Shown here: positions 29,632-41,952 of the stretch, in pieces
Position numbering within the stretch: the stretch's first letter is position 1
Layout: each line of letters opens with the position of its first letter
Origin: Trypanosoma brucei
Taxonomy: Eukaryota
Reading direction: 5' to 3'
NCBI GenBank assembly: GCA_000002445.1
Contig: CM000207.1
Coordinates: 1,440,001-1,504,000 of the forward strand
Length of the DNA stretch: 64,000 nt
Program-made: the position numbers and the translations under genes
Notes under the pieces: generated by a model
The model's input: the letters and a program-made list of their open reading frames with translations, nothing else
Databases searched by the model: none
Told to the model about the DNA's origin: nothing

Positions 29632-31143
29632 TAACTACAAGTGGGATACGAGCAGAGCTTTTTTTTTTTGTGAACTATGGAACAAGTGCTGAACGGTAAA
29701 AGAAAGAGAGAGAGAGAGAGCGAGTACAAAAGAAGGAACGTTGACCATGTGTATAGCAGCGGGGTAATACCAAGAGAGCAAATTAGGTACACCAGTCACG
29801 ATGCCGCAAAAGCGTTCATGAAAAGCAGTGAAAACTTCCATCTCAACACCGCTCTCCGGTATAATTAACATGACGTAACAACGTGAAGTAAAAGATAACA
29901 CATCCCCGCCCAACAAGAGGCTATCGTTTCCTCGTTTAACAAATACATGTTGAGCTGCTCGACTGTCAATCCATCCACGTCTCAAAAAAAAAAAAGAAGT
30001 TAGATATTCCAGGATTCAAGACACAAAATAAAGGCACCCCTGTTACACTTCTTTTAAAATAGAAATTAACCCGAACCCGCATACCCCATCGCATCCTTAA
30101 GCACTTTTACTTCTTTTCTTCCAAAAATGCCGGTTACATCTTAAATCATCAGTTGCGGTGACTGGTAATAAATCCAACCCTTCGGTGAGCACGCCGCAAA
30201 TGGAAACCCATTCATACATCCACACGCATCATCGGCATTACTCGTATACTTTGCTTGTGACTCTCTTATCTTCTTAGTCAAGATATTGCCACCACACATG
30301 CCATTATGTATGCAAATAGGGAGCAAGATAGAAACATATTGGGCGATACAAACAATGGATACCTAACACTAACATCATAAAAAGAAGTGCGAAGAAATAA
30401 AAGTAAGAAGAAGGAAGGGAATGCAAGCAAGTGCTCTTTTGGCAGTGTGGCTGAAACGCTGGGAGGGGCGGCAATGCTCACACCTTGCAATCATTGTTAT
30501 CATTATTCTTAATTTTTTTTGTCTGCCTGACGCTTCGGAAAGGCAGTTACCGAAGGGAAATTGCGAATATGCGGCCCGACAAAAGTGATGGGACCCCCTT
30601 CCTTCATCTAGTGGAGTCAGCAATATACCTTTACCCGGCTCTTACCTGAAATGCTTGCATTATTTTCCCTTTCCGTCTTCTTCACACCTAAGTGGCTTTT
30701 CGTTCTTCTTATTCCTTCTCACTTGGAATACCAATGCAAAAATAATCACCCCTCTCTTCTTTATCAAAGCTAAAAAGAAGAAAAAAAAGCCATTCAACCC
30801 CCTCACTCCGAAATATTTTCTTCATAACCGCTTCCTTTTGTTAACTGTTCCAGTCTCAAGCTCATACGAAATTCCACAGGACAGATCATGAGGACCGCGA
30901 CAAAACAACAAGTGATAAGTACCACAAAACGCATTACATTCCCACACAATATTTCCTCCCTCCCTTCATACCACTCTCACGCAAAGTATAACAAATATCC
31001 ATTTGTCCCCTCCCCTCCCCCCGCCATAACATTCGTTAGGAGTCTCGACATGAGAATGGAGGTCGCCATAATACCAATGTTTGGCACCGCTGATGAGTAC
31101 TACCAATGTGTAATGTGCTATAATAATATGGGCGGTAATGTCA

Positions 31144-31782
31144 TCACTGTTGTTGCTGTTGCCACGAGCGGGCATTAGCGATATCTTTTCTTACAATGAT
31201 GGTTGCCCCTTTGCTTGCGGTAGGGTTCTCCTCGGGTTGGCTGAGGCGAGTCAACTTCTCCTTCCGGTTAAGGTTGCTGAAAAAATGATTGAGCTTGCGT
31301 TCCAATGCCTCGTTCACAAGCATCGGCTTCGGGGCGGATGTTTGTTGTTGTTGATGTTGTTGCTGCTGGCGTTCCTTCCGTTGGTTGACAACAGGCTGGA
31401 AACCGGATTCCTTGTCGATTTTGGCCTGTTTTTCAACAGCGGCGGTGCTTAGCGAAGTCGGAGTCTTAGGCCGCCGGGAGGTGTCTTTTTGCACCTCTTC
31501 CAGTAGTTTTGGTTGTGGCTTGTGGGTGTCGCTGCGCATAGAAACGTTTTCACGTGCAACTTCACGAGCGATGAGGGCATCCATCTCACGCTGATACCTC
31601 TCATCTTCTCTCCTGTCTTTTCTTTCCTTTGGCTTTTTGGTTTTGCTCGGACGAGAGACCAACTTACTCTGCTTCATATGCGAGATGGTGGTGACATCAG
31701 TTCTGGCAATGCTGCGGAATACAAAATAAACCAGCGCGAGGGCAAAGAGAGCGGCACCAATAGCAATTGTGTGATCCAACAT
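31144..31782 (-). CDS. hypothetical membrane-anchored charged protein (212 aa)
   Basis: N-terminal hydrophobic anchor (IAIGAALFALALVYFVF). The rest is highly charged K/R/E-rich sequence with a Q-run. It lies in the same orientation as its neighbours. No recognisable domain. Confidence 0.4.
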   Translation of the reverse strand: MLDHTIAIGAALFALALVYFVFRSIARTDVTTISHMKQSKLVSRPSKTKKPKERKDRREDERYQREMDALIAREVARENVSMRSDTHKPQPKLLEEVQKDTSRRPKTPTSLSTAAVEKQAKIDKESGFQPVVNQRKERQQQQHQQQQTSAPKPMLVNEALERKLNHFFSNLNRKEKLTRLSQPEENPTASKGATIIVRKDIANARSWQQQQQ

Positions 31783-32844
31783 GTTTCTGTCTCTCCGTTT
31801 CTGCCTTTTTATTCAACCCTTCTTTCTTTTCTTTTTTTTTAAAAAAAACTTTTGTGTTCCTTTGTTTGTTGAGGCTATAGATTTCCCTTTCTCGCTGTAC
31901 GCCGCGCATGGAAATAATAATAATAATAGTTAGAGTTTTGTGCATTACAAGTAAGATCAAAAATGAAAAGGAAGGCCAACAGAGGGTTTTGATTAGAGTT
32001 AATGCACGAAGGTTAGAACGGAAAAAAAAAACGCAGACGAAGTCCAACAGGTGGGCGTAGAAGAAGGGGGAGAAGCGCAAAAAGCCAATATGAAATTGGA
32101 AGGATCATTAAGTCCTCGACGAGTGGGCACATCCGTATATGAATTTTGTCAGTTCACTCGAAGCATCCCGATGACAATGAGCAGCGAAAAGGAAGTAACA
32201 CAACGAAAAAAAAATGGTGTGACGGTTAAATCACCCATCAGCCCATCACAACGAATACAAACTGAAGGAGGATTCTTCATGACGACATAAAATGTTTAGC
32301 CACGCGAGAGAAAAAAGAAAAAAAAGAAAGTGAGGCAACACTCCACGACAGCGCTCCTCAACAAAACAAATGTGCCTTCTCAAAGAAAAATGAGGAAAAA
32401 AAAAGGAGACATAGAGATACGAACATTAAGAAAGACATCGACCGGGCCATATGAGGTTAGTTTAGGGAGTTTTGAATTCACCTTCCTTCCCCTTACTTCA
32501 TACAAAATCATCTTCCCTGCGTTACGGCCAGTCACGCACTAAGGTCTCCAAAACACACTAAACTCCCGCTATATCGCAGTTTTACCAGCACCCCGCCGCT
32601 CAATCCATTAGGTGTCAAACCGAGGATGAAAAAAAAAAAAAGAACTTTTTTTCTTTGTTGCCTGGCGGTGAAAGCAGCGGTTCACATGCCAAGTCGAGAA
32701 CCTTCCCTACTGTTGACCTTCCACCTCACCTCGACTCGTTTGTTTCTCCATAAATCTACGCACGTATAAATGGTACGCTAGAGCAAAAGTGCGCTTACGT
32801 ACAAAAAAAAAAAACACATACCACCAAAGTCATCTGCTCCATCG

Positions 32845-34818
32845 TCACGCTGTCTTCTTTTCCTGCATCATAACGCTTGATGCGAGAAGATAATTGTTCC
32901 GGAGCACCCCATGAGAAAAAAATGGTAAGTAAGACAACACATTGTCAGCTCGAGGAAATATCCGACGGAATCCCCCGGCGCATGCCAGTTCCTCTTCCGC
33001 TTCCAAAAGCATCATGTGTTCTGCAGGGCTCAGAATAGACTCGGGTTCTTTGGGGTCGTTGAAACGTGTGAGAAGTGACTTCCGAATCATTTCCCCCGCC
33101 TTGTGAGGATGACGTCCGAATCGGTACCGTTTGTTGTAATTAGGTGGTGACGCCCCTCCATATTCCTGTTGGAAATTCGTCGCAGGGGCATCACGTTGAT
33201 GTGGAACGACGCGAATAAGAGTTAATAAATGTGCGAGCATGCGCGACTTGACAGCCTTGTCCAGAGGTGTTCCCGTCGCCAGGGACGGCATGATATTCAC
33301 CTCAATAAGACGAACGTTGTACTGATCGTCGGCCATTAAATCTAAGCCGTAAAGTTCAAAGCACCCCCGCCCTGTTTTGTTGCGACACTCCTTGCGGAGC
33401 CGCTCAACTACCTCGTGTTCAATACTGAGAAAAGCTTTTATTACCACGTCATCGCAACTACTCAAAACCTTTTCCCATACCCTCCTACCGTTTTCTACGT
33501 TCTTGTCTAAGAACTCACGCAAGTCGGAGAGACACCACTTAATATCTAATGGGTCATCGGAGTCGTATGTCTTACCACGGCTCGCCCGATTCAACTCAGC
33601 GGTTTTGTTCACGGAATAGTTGGTCAGATGTTTCTGAACATTGTCCAAATCCTTGTCCATTCCCGGGTACTTCTGCGCCGCAAAACGAACAAGGCCCTCA
33701 TCGAAAATATAAATACGTAATGGATCAAATGATGTAACGACGCAGTACAACCGTAGGTCAAACTTCCGTCCGAAGATCATCATCGGGTTTCCCACATACC
33801 GCTGGCATACCGCATTTTTGGAGCCTGTCGGCATGGGTGGCATACCCCGATACAAACGAATTCCACGACCGCAACTCGAAGCGCTGGGCTTTACAATGAA
33901 GATTAGTGGATCATCAGCACTATCCGGATTTTCGTTCACGTAGTCCTCCAACTGGGAACGCTGCTTTGGTAAAAGAAATGTCATTGGGATAACATTGAAG
34001 TTGTCAAGCCCAAAGTAGCGCTGCATCTTTTGAATGTTGGTAGCCAAACTATCTTTACGTCCAATACCCCATGTCCCAGGGAAGTGATTAACCTTTTGGT
34101 AAGGGCCAAGATGGGAAAGAATATATGTCGTTGCCCGCTTTGCCCATATCACGTTAAACAGCTCGTTTGATGCTGTGTACTTCATGCCTGAAGCCTCAAA
34201 CGCGTCGATGACAACCTTGAACGCCACTACTCCAGGTCCGAGCTTATAAAGGCACATCCGATTTAGGTTATTCTTCTGAACCGACACCGCATCAAACCGA
34301 AGGGATGGGCGATCATTTCCGTGGTATGTGAGGTTGATCTGCCCAGGGTTCGCGCTGCGCGCCCTCGCGCCGCCGTATCGCTGAATGGGAAAGAAGAGAC
34401 TCCCTGCTGAGAACGAGTAAATTGGTTTTACGAGTGTATAATATATTTTACCCCCAGAATTTGCTCCACTGTTGGATACGGGGGCGCTACTCCTCCGCCC
34501 CTCCTCTCGAGGTGCTACTTCTTCCTCCAGTGTGTACGTGGAGCGCGATATACTGCCCTGGTTCCGGGAGATCATCGGGAGCCTGGCACGGACGCGCGAC
34601 AGGGCGGTCTGCGGGACATACTTTGGGTTAGACGGGTCATCATCATTCGGATCCGGCACAAATTTGCCAACGACAATACGCTGGCTCTCACTCGATGAAT
34701 AAGTCGTTTCAGGTGTCAGGATATCAGTGTCCTCAGCTCCTCCGCGCTGCACGGAAGTAAGCGCCTGTGGGTAAAATGTGGCCACGTTTCTTGGAGGGGG
34801 AAGCACGGGTTCGGCCAT
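32845..34818 (-). CDS. tubulin-tyrosine-ligase-like (TTL/TTLL family) protein, 657 aa
   Basis: TTL-domain hallmarks: VNHFPG..IGRKD, FIVKPSASSCGRGI (ATP-grasp lysine region), FDLRLYCVVTSFDPLRIYIFDEGLVRFAAQKY, LTNYSVNK, and CFELYGLDLMADDQYNVRLIEVNIMPSL. An N-terminal extension of about 230 aa precedes the domain. Confidence 0.85.
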   Translation of the reverse strand: MAEPVLPPPRNVATFYPQALTSVQRGGAEDTDILTPETTYSSSESQRIVVGKFVPDPNDDDPSNPKYVPQTALSRVRARLPMISRNQGSISRSTYTLEEEVAPREEGRRSSAPVSNSGANSGGKIYYTLVKPIYSFSAGSLFFPIQRYGGARARSANPGQINLTYHGNDRPSLRFDAVSVQKNNLNRMCLYKLGPGVVAFKVVIDAFEASGMKYTASNELFNVIWAKRATTYILSHLGPYQKVNHFPGTWGIGRKDSLATNIQKMQRYFGLDNFNVIPMTFLLPKQRSQLEDYVNENPDSADDPLIFIVKPSASSCGRGIRLYRGMPPMPTGSKNAVCQRYVGNPMMIFGRKFDLRLYCVVTSFDPLRIYIFDEGLVRFAAQKYPGMDKDLDNVQKHLTNYSVNKTAELNRASRGKTYDSDDPLDIKWCLSDLREFLDKNVENGRRVWEKVLSSCDDVVIKAFLSIEHEVVERLRKECRNKTGRGCFELYGLDLMADDQYNVRLIEVNIMPSLATGTPLDKAVKSRMLAHLLTLIRVVPHQRDAPATNFQQEYGGASPPNYNKRYRFGRHPHKAGEMIRKSLLTRFNDPKEPESILSPAEHMMLLEAEEELACAGGFRRIFPRADNVLSYLPFFSHGVLRNNYLLASSVMMQEKKTA

Positions 34819-36189
34819 CGATTCGGTGGAAGCTGAAGCACTTGGTTCTAAAAGCGCTTAGTCTGCCTCACCTCGAGTTGGGCTGTGCAAAATAAAGAGG
34901 AGTTGACAGAAGAAGGTACAGCTCAAGAAGGTGGGAATATAGAAAAGACAATTACATCACGCACAAATATATATCTGTTTTTACATATGGTTAAACAGAT
35001 CAGTCGTGCTCTATGCAGAGAAGTCGATGATCTTTATGGGTAGCGAAGGCCCGTCGTGACGATCAGGAACGATGGTAATCAATGTTGTATCATATTTACC
35101 TCAGTTACACCCTTACGACGGCTACAGCATGGGGTACACAACAATGGTGATAGAGGGAGAGAGAAAGGAGTGTTATTAACGCTCGCTGAGTGCCTGAGGT
35201 ACTACTACTACAGGCAGCACAATAGCACACAAAAGACCTGTGCAACGGTGGTGCAGTGGGTCACTTACTAAACTCTTATATGCTAAGCAACATGCTAGAA
35301 ACGCATCCACTAAAAAGGGTAAAAGTCCTTTTACAACTACATGTTACTCGATTGGCACTTCAATGACTCAATAAAGAATATAAACACACTCTTGAAACAA
35401 CACACCACAGCAGCGGCCCTCTCCCCCAAACGTTTGGTGATAGATCATTCAGCTCCAGTCGATACTTTCATCATGTGCCTCCCAACCACCGTAATATTCT
35501 CTTTAGCATTGGCACTCTCCATAACGCCCCTCCCCCCGGCGCGCAAATCTCCCTTTTTTTCTTTTTAAGTTGGTTGCGAACCGCGTAAAAAAAAGAATCC
35601 CCATAACGGCAGTAACCCACTCACTGTGTCGGTGAGGTTGGTGCAAGAGCGCCAACAATAAACAAAACCAAGCGAAAATGGGAAGGGAAGGGATAAATAA
35701 GGGGGAGAAGTAACACAAAGGGATGACGTGCAATCGGCACAAAGCTACATTTCTGATCCATACACGGGCTCAGTCGACAACACTGAAATGTGTAAATGGC
35801 CACCGCTTACTCTAAAGTTATGAGGAGTGAGATCATCACACATAGGCACTCCACCAAAATGGGTTGGCCACGCAGGAGAAAGTGAAAACTAAGTGGTTAT
35901 GGCTGAAAGATGCGCGCAAAACGAGAGCAAAAACAAAAACAAAAAAGACGACTACACAAGGAAGAACTAATAATAACTGCGGCGTCACCCTCCCTCTGAC
36001 ACACACCGGGAGGGAGAGGAGATAGGAGGAAAAATAAGAACAGATGGCCCCAATTGTGTATGCAAAGCCAGTTAGGGGAAGAATCATATCATCCCTCCCC
36101 TTCTCAGTCGACACACTCAACATAAAAACAAGGAAAATAACTAGAGGGATAAGAGTTCGACACTGTCCATAAACCACTGCTTAGCGAGA

Positions 36190-38511
36190 TCATGCATTAA
36201 ACGACAAACTACGCATGATTTCTTTGGCATCACGAAGCCTGTTTGGTGTCCTTGCGGGGGGTAATGAAACAGGTGGGGCAGAGAGCTGAGATAAAGAATC
36301 AGCCGGATAACATATCACCGTTTGTGGTTCTTCCCTCGGAGTTCTCACCTCAGCCACCAAACGCTTCACGCTTCTCAACGCAGCTTCAAGTGTACCAGAA
36401 TCTGAGTTGCTTCGTTTACCCACAAGACGATCAGGGGAGGGCGTTTTCTCATGAGGAGCCCTTAACTTACTGAGCCACTCACCGGCAGCCAAATCCTGCG
36501 GCACATTTTCAAGCGTTGTCTCAGAATCAAGGGTGCTGCTGCAACTGGAAAACGTGTCTGTGATGGCTTGCAGGATTGTGCGCTGCTTCTCCACGCCCTT
36601 GGGACTGAGATCGAGGAAATACTCCTCCAAACACTTTGAGCTTGTGTAAACATCTGGTCCAAGTACTTCTAATGGACATTTAAGACTGTATGCGCTTTGT
36701 TCAAAAAGGAATACCGTAAATGCCGCGTCCATTTCCGTGCAAACGCGCTCCAGGTGCAGTTTCGCGTACGCCTGCGTTACGCGAACAAGAGATTCCAGTA
36801 AGCGAATTGTGATCGGTACACAATCAGCAAGGTTTGGCACCGCGCCGCGGCGCTGCTGCATTTCATAGTACGCCTTGATAAGCCGTGAGGCTCCGTCGGT
36901 GAGCAGCGGACCCCCATTCTGGGAGTAATGTGCGTGAACCCACCGCAAGTAGCGACCCACATCATCGAGCGACAGCACCGAATCCGGCAACCTTCCAGCT
37001 TGCGAATAGTTGAGGATATGCGTGGCGATACGGTCGTCCGTTTCGGGTGACGGGGTGTCCCAAAGAAGAAAGACGAAGTCGAAACGGCTCAACAGTGGCC
37101 CACCAACACCAATTTCGGTCCCATTTTGACGGGTTGGGGGATTACAAGCAGATATAACAGAGCAGCAGGTACGCAGTTTGGTCACCATTCCAGCTTTGGC
37201 CACGGATATCGTTTGTTGCTCCATTGCTTCATGAAGGGAGGCCCTATCACCAACAGAAACGGTCCGAAGCTCGTCAATAACACAAACACCCCCATCACTC
37301 AATACCAAAGCGCCAGGCTCCAATACCCACTCTCCTTGCTCTTTCGATGCCGCAACCGTGAGACCAGCGGAAGTGCTCCCCATGCCAGTCGTGGAAGTGC
37401 TTCGTGGGGCTAAAAGGGCTGCGCATCGTAGTAACTGTGATTTTCCTGTGGAAGAATCACCAACAAAAAGGCAATGGATTGTGGAGCGGACATGCATGCG
37501 CGTCTTCCCAACCGTGGATGTCCCACCCAAAGTCGCCAAAATAACAGCCATGCGAGGAGCGAAGAGTCCCGCCAAATGTGGACAAACGGAATTCACCAAC
37601 GCGCTCCCTCTACCAAATTTGTCTTTGCCGAACGAGGAATAAAAGGACTCGGGTGTAAAGGCGGACTCTTCTACCTGTCCATTGTGCCTCCGCTTTGCCG
37701 CCGCAGACGCGTTGAAACTTCCGCCATCGCGGTAGGAGTCCATCACGTTAACGTTGAGCGCCCAAATGGTGGGTTCAATGATTGGCAACGCATTTGGGTA
37801 AGTATTGCGCCATTTTGGGAAAAGAATACCAATCACCTCCACCAACTGACCTACAGTACATTTTTTCGAGAGGTCATCTTCAAGCGTTATAAGAAGCGTG
37901 CGAGGAAGTCGGCCACTCTCGCTATGGCGCTGCTGCAGTCGGCACTCCGCGTAGTCCATCCACACCTGCCCAATCTGCTGCAACTCCTCTCCTTTGCATT
38001 CTTTGTTCGCACAATGAGGTTTCAACTTTGTTGAGCGGTCAAACGGGCTTGAGGTCAACTCCACTGTCTCAAGGCATTTGAAGCACTTTAACTTGCGCAC
38101 CAGCGGTACCACCTTCTTTGTATTCATCCGGACAATTGATCCACAAACACTAACCAATATCCCGCGCTGGGGAGGCAGCGAGGGCGGCGGGGTTCCCACT
38201 GTAGGAAGATGCGAAAGCCGTGGTGATAAATCACTAGGGTTAAGATGGCGCCCAGCTTTGGCGCAAACCTCCGCACAGATTTTTCTGAGCGCGTCCATGA
38301 GGGTGGTAGTATGGTAGAACAGGAGGTCCGCAACGGATGGACAAGCCGCCAGTAACTTCATGCAGTCCACATCAAGCGTCCATAGATTCCTAGTGGGAAG
38401 AGCTTCCCCGGAGAGCAGCTCCGTCATACACTGCGGGGGCTCACAACATTCAACAAAAAATGAGCGCAGCTGCATCAATAAATTATCCGTTATTGGTGCA
38501 ACACCATTCAT
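36190..38511 (-). CDS. MCM9: MCM8/9-family AAA+ helicase, closest to MCM9 (773 aa)
   Basis: MCM zinc finger (CFKC...CANKEC). Walker A VGDSSTGKSQLL. Then PRSTSTTGMGSTSAGLTVAASKEQGEWVLEPGALVLSDGGVCVIDE...HEAMEQQTISVAKAG, and arginine-finger SRFD. GEW and TISVAKAG resemble MCM9 more than MCM8, from recalled alignments. Confidence 0.6.
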   Translation of the reverse strand: MNGVAPITDNLLMQLRSFFVECCEPPQCMTELLSGEALPTRNLWTLDVDCMKLLAACPSVADLLFYHTTTLMDALRKICAEVCAKAGRHLNPSDLSPRLSHLPTVGTPPPSLPPQRGILVSVCGSIVRMNTKKVVPLVRKLKCFKCLETVELTSSPFDRSTKLKPHCANKECKGEELQQIGQVWMDYAECRLQQRHSESGRLPRTLLITLEDDLSKKCTVGQLVEVIGILFPKWRNTYPNALPIIEPTIWALNVNVMDSYRDGGSFNASAAAKRRHNGQVEESAFTPESFYSSFGKDKFGRGSALVNSVCPHLAGLFAPRMAVILATLGGTSTVGKTRMHVRSTIHCLFVGDSSTGKSQLLRCAALLAPRSTSTTGMGSTSAGLTVAASKEQGEWVLEPGALVLSDGGVCVIDELRTVSVGDRASLHEAMEQQTISVAKAGMVTKLRTCCSVISACNPPTRQNGTEIGVGGPLLSRFDFVFLLWDTPSPETDDRIATHILNYSQAGRLPDSVLSLDDVGRYLRWVHAHYSQNGGPLLTDGASRLIKAYYEMQQRRGAVPNLADCVPITIRLLESLVRVTQAYAKLHLERVCTEMDAAFTVFLFEQSAYSLKCPLEVLGPDVYTSSKCLEEYFLDLSPKGVEKQRTILQAITDTFSSCSSTLDSETTLENVPQDLAAGEWLSKLRAPHEKTPSPDRLVGKRSNSDSGTLEAALRSVKRLVAEVRTPREEPQTVICYPADSLSQLSAPPVSLPPARTPNRLRDAKEIMRSLSFNA

Positions 38512-38908
38512 CGTGACGCACTAGTACTCCAACAACCGAGCTAATATCTCCCAGTACTCTAGCACACAGAAAGGAGTATTCGCAGAGTAATCGCCCCACC
38601 CGCACTGCAGCGGCTGAGAAACGCATTTATGCATTGGATAAAACGGAGAAAACATAGCATCAATTTGCAGCAGGACGCAAAAAGGAAAAAAAGCATGTTA
38701 CCTTATATATACAAAAAGGGTAGGGAAACCCCGTCAACCATAGCCTATTTCTATTTTACCTGTCTGTTCACTGCCTATCAAGCGTTCGATTCCGCCACAC
38801 TCGTAATCGCACACTTCCAAACAGTGTGTTTACCACATGTATGGAAACATATGTATGCATATATATATATACGTATTCTGTTTGCTGTTACGTTGCTGCA
38901 GCCTGGTC

Positions 38909-39235
38909 CTACGGGCTGCACAGGTGAAAATAGTATGCCTCCCAGTCTTGATTTTGGGCTTCTTCATACAACTCAATCATCTGCTCATTTCGAATCTCGT
39001 TCTCCAACTCAACGAGAAGGTCGACTACCGATGGGTCGGTCAGATCGCACTCGAATTCAGATCCTATAAAAGCATATTCGTTGGCTGTGGGCTGGGCAGG
39101 CTTGTCTGACTCCTCCCGCCGAAGCCGCAGGTCGCTAAGCCTCATGTCCCGTCTGCAGGCAGCATTATAATGCATCATCCGCTCCTTAATCTCTTGGCGC
39201 CTGGAGTACAATGCCTTGACGCCGACCTTTTGCAT
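38909..39235 (-). CDS. small hypothetical protein (108 aa), uncertain
   Basis: Non-repetitive ORF with an acidic C-terminus, in the same orientation as its neighbours, lying between the MCM and DMC1 genes. No motif recognised, and it may not be expressed. Confidence 0.25.
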   Translation of the reverse strand: MQKVGVKALYSRRQEIKERMMHYNAACRRDMRLSDLRLRREESDKPAQPTANEYAFIGSEFECDLTDPSVVDLLVELENEIRNEQMIELYEEAQNQDWEAYYFHLCSP

Positions 39236-40506
39236 GGTGCAAGCCTATTGCATTCAACACTTCAAGTGTGGCCGTCCGCGGACTTACTGATGGGAAAAAA
39301 ATTTTCCTAAAAAAGAGGGGAAATGATAGAATAACACGCGAACAAACGACCGCTACGTTAAAAGAGGTTTGAAATTAATTATCTTCACATGCTCTGGCAT
39401 TAAAAAATAGCCCCCCAACGACACTCAGCACTCTATGCTAAATGAAGGGGGGATGTAATATGCAAAACGGGAGGCGAAACAATGAAGTCAACACTTTTCA
39501 CTGCTCACTATGAAGCACCTTTTCAATGGAATCATGTGGGTAGAAGGACGAAGCAGGATATTTTTTTTACCCTGAAAAATGTGCTTCCCAACACGACTAG
39601 CAGTTACAGTTCGAACATCCGTGGTAAGAAACGATACACAGCGCGCCCCACACCGTGTAACCGAACGCCTTCGGGTAACTGAAACCTCGCCGTGTGTTCC
39701 TTCTGTGAAATTAACTCGCACGCCCTCCCTTTAATTTGCGTCTCGTGATTCCGTTAGTTTGTCATGTTGATGAAGCACTTACAACTATTTCCATAGCTGC
39801 ACAACTGTTTGGTGAAACGAGTGGAGGGTGTAGAGAAATACAAAACAAGTAGCGAAAAGGTGGAAACAGATGTGACGGAGTAAAACCCAAATAACGCAAC
39901 AGGTTTAAGCAAAGTACAACAGCGGAAAAATGAACCCACTACAATCAAAGGGAGGTAGAACGTCACTGTTGAAACTATTATCAACGGCCATGCGATGGAA
40001 ATGTACGAAAGCATGTCACATTAACAAAAAAAAATAATAGTCTGTTGCCTAAATATAAACGTCGAGATCTTAAGGATAAAACAACGAGGGAAAGCACGGA
40101 GGGTCGGAAGCACACTCTCCCCGACGAGATTCGTATGTTGAGGGTTTTCTGTTCTGTCAACCTCAATCTCGCCCCCACACTCCGAGAGTGGATCTCGGGA
40201 AGAAAGCGCTCCAGAGACGCAATAAGAAAACTCTGTGCAAATAAAGGGATATGTAAAAGTAATCACAATAGCTGAGGGAAGAATTGAAAATAAAAAGGAA
40301 AGCGTTGGGACAAAGTAAATGTCAGACGGAAGAACAAACCAGGCAAAGTGCAGCTGAAGACGTCAACACCACATCACACACCATCAACCGGCTACGCCAG
40401 ATACTCCCACGCACACAAACACACACGCGAAACAAATAACAGGGAACGGCAAAGGTATGATGAAAACACAACAGTAGCAAGTAGAAACATTCCATAGGAA
40501 AGCTAC

Positions 40507-41556
40507 CTACTCACGTGCGTCAACAATCCCTTGCTCCGATATGCTGAAAACACATTCCACCTCCGGCAACGACGGACTGTCATATATCTTACACACGCGC
40601 TGATCCCCCCGTCCTTTGCGCAGCGACAGTCGCGTCGTTGAGGCATGCGCAAGAATATGACCTCCAATAGGCTTTTTGGGGTCGGCCACAAACATGGAGG
40701 CGCCACCAGGATCCGCAACCACCTGATTTGTTATGTACACAGCAACGTTATACTCCTCCGCAAGTTTAATCATGTTGCTCAACATCTTGGCCAGTTTCTG
40801 CTGCCGCTCCGCGAGCTCCCCTCTGCCAGAAAAATCCACGCGAAAGAGAGCCGTTACACTGTCTACAACAAGGAGACTGAACTGATCCTCTACCATCTTC
40901 GCAGCAACCATTGACAAGAGGTGCATCTGATGCTCGTGCGTGTAAGCTCGTGCCACGAGAATGTTCCCCAGTACGGCCTCAACGTCGAGACCAAAACGCT
41001 CTGCGATGGGCTTAATCCGCTCAGGTCTGAAAGTTGCCTCTGTGTCAACATAAATAGCTTTACCATTGCCCCCCCCCATTGAAATGGGGAGTTGGCACGT
41101 TACGCACAATGTGTGTGCTATCTGCGTTTTACCGGTTCGGAACTCACCAAACGCCTCCGTAATTGACATGCTTTCTATGCCACCGCCCAACAACTGATCC
41201 AGAGCCGTGCTTCCAGTTGTTACACGGGTCACCCTCCCTCTCTGTTGCAGGTAAGCCGTTCCAACGCTGAAACCGCAATCCGATAACTTCCGTGCCGCCT
41301 CGATAATTTTGTCAACTTTGGCATCAGACAAACCCTTGATAAGAACAAGATCCTTTCGGCACTGCATGTGAATCCCAGTCACGGTGAATATACCCGCCTG
41401 CCGCAGCTTAGCGACATCCGCCGCGGCAACCCCCTGCTCGGTAAGGCGGTCAATCTCCATGATGGTGTGCGCCGCGTCCTCATGCGTCGAGTTGTCCGTG
41501 GAAACCGCCGCATCCTTCGCCTCACTTTTGCCCGACCGCGTTCCCACGTGCTGCAT
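40507..41556 (-). CDS. DMC1: RAD51/DMC1-family recombinase, most likely meiotic recombinase DMC1 (349 aa)
   Basis: N-terminal HhH DNA-binding region ([54 protein letters not shown]). Walker [10 protein letters not shown]. Walker [13 protein letters not shown]. Overall RecA-fold signature. Short N-terminus, and 349 aa as recalled for kinetoplastid DMC1. The neighbouring genes (SLS array, ATOM40) match my recollection of T. brucei chromosome 9 synteny. Confidence 0.75.
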   Translation of the reverse strand: MQHVGTRSGKSEAKDAAVSTDNSTHEDAAHTIMEIDRLTEQGVAAADVAKLRQAGIFTVTGIHMQCRKDLVLIKGLSDAKVDKIIEAARKLSDCGFSVGTAYLQQRGRVTRVTTGSTALDQLLGGGIESMSITEAFGEFRTGKTQIAHTLCVTCQLPISMGGGNGKAIYVDTEATFRPERIKPIAERFGLDVEAVLGNILVARAYTHEHQMHLLSMVAAKMVEDQFSLLVVDSVTALFRVDFSGRGELAERQQKLAKMLSNMIKLAEEYNVAVYITNQVVADPGGASMFVADPKKPIGGHILAHASTTRLSLRKGRGDQRVCKIYDSPSLPEVECVFSISEQGIVDARE

Positions 41557-41952
41557 TAAGTTCCTTCAGATAATTGAAAGCGTGGCCCACTACCTAAAGT
41601 AAACGCATGGGAGTTAAGAGGTGAATCAGATCAAAAGAAAGTGTAGTTGCGGCAGCGCAGTCGTGAAACAGAGAAGAGGAAGGAAGTAAATACAACAGAT
41701 CATGTGGAGGAGAACGGAGAACCGAGGGACTAACTGTAGTACTCATTCGTGAAGGCGCTAATTATGACGATGAGACAGTGCCCGTACCTTTGGAAGACAG
41801 TGCTGCCACAGGAATTTCCTCACTACCCATTGGCAGGAGTCATTGATAACACACCAAGATGCTGGTATAACTTGAAAATGAAATGTAACCACAGCAGCGG
41901 AACGCAGAAGTCAGGAGATGGCTACAAAGAAAGTAAATGGTGCACAAAGCCA

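Noticed and set aside
29635-29985. 116-aa minus-strand ORF immediately upstream of the 349-aa CCCH gene
   Set aside because: It is hydrophobic and low-complexity with no motif. It sits where the 5' UTR and splice-acceptor region of the CCCH gene is expected.
35836-36177. 113-aa minus-strand ORF just downstream of the MCM gene
   Set aside because: It is a strongly hydrophobic, low-complexity sequence in the expected 3' UTR position, with no support.
41069-41077. C9 homopolymer inside the DMC1 coding sequence
   Set aside because: It encodes the Gly-Gly-Gly of ...SMGGGNGK... in frame. It is a normal coding feature, although it is prone to sequencing error, and not a regulatory element.
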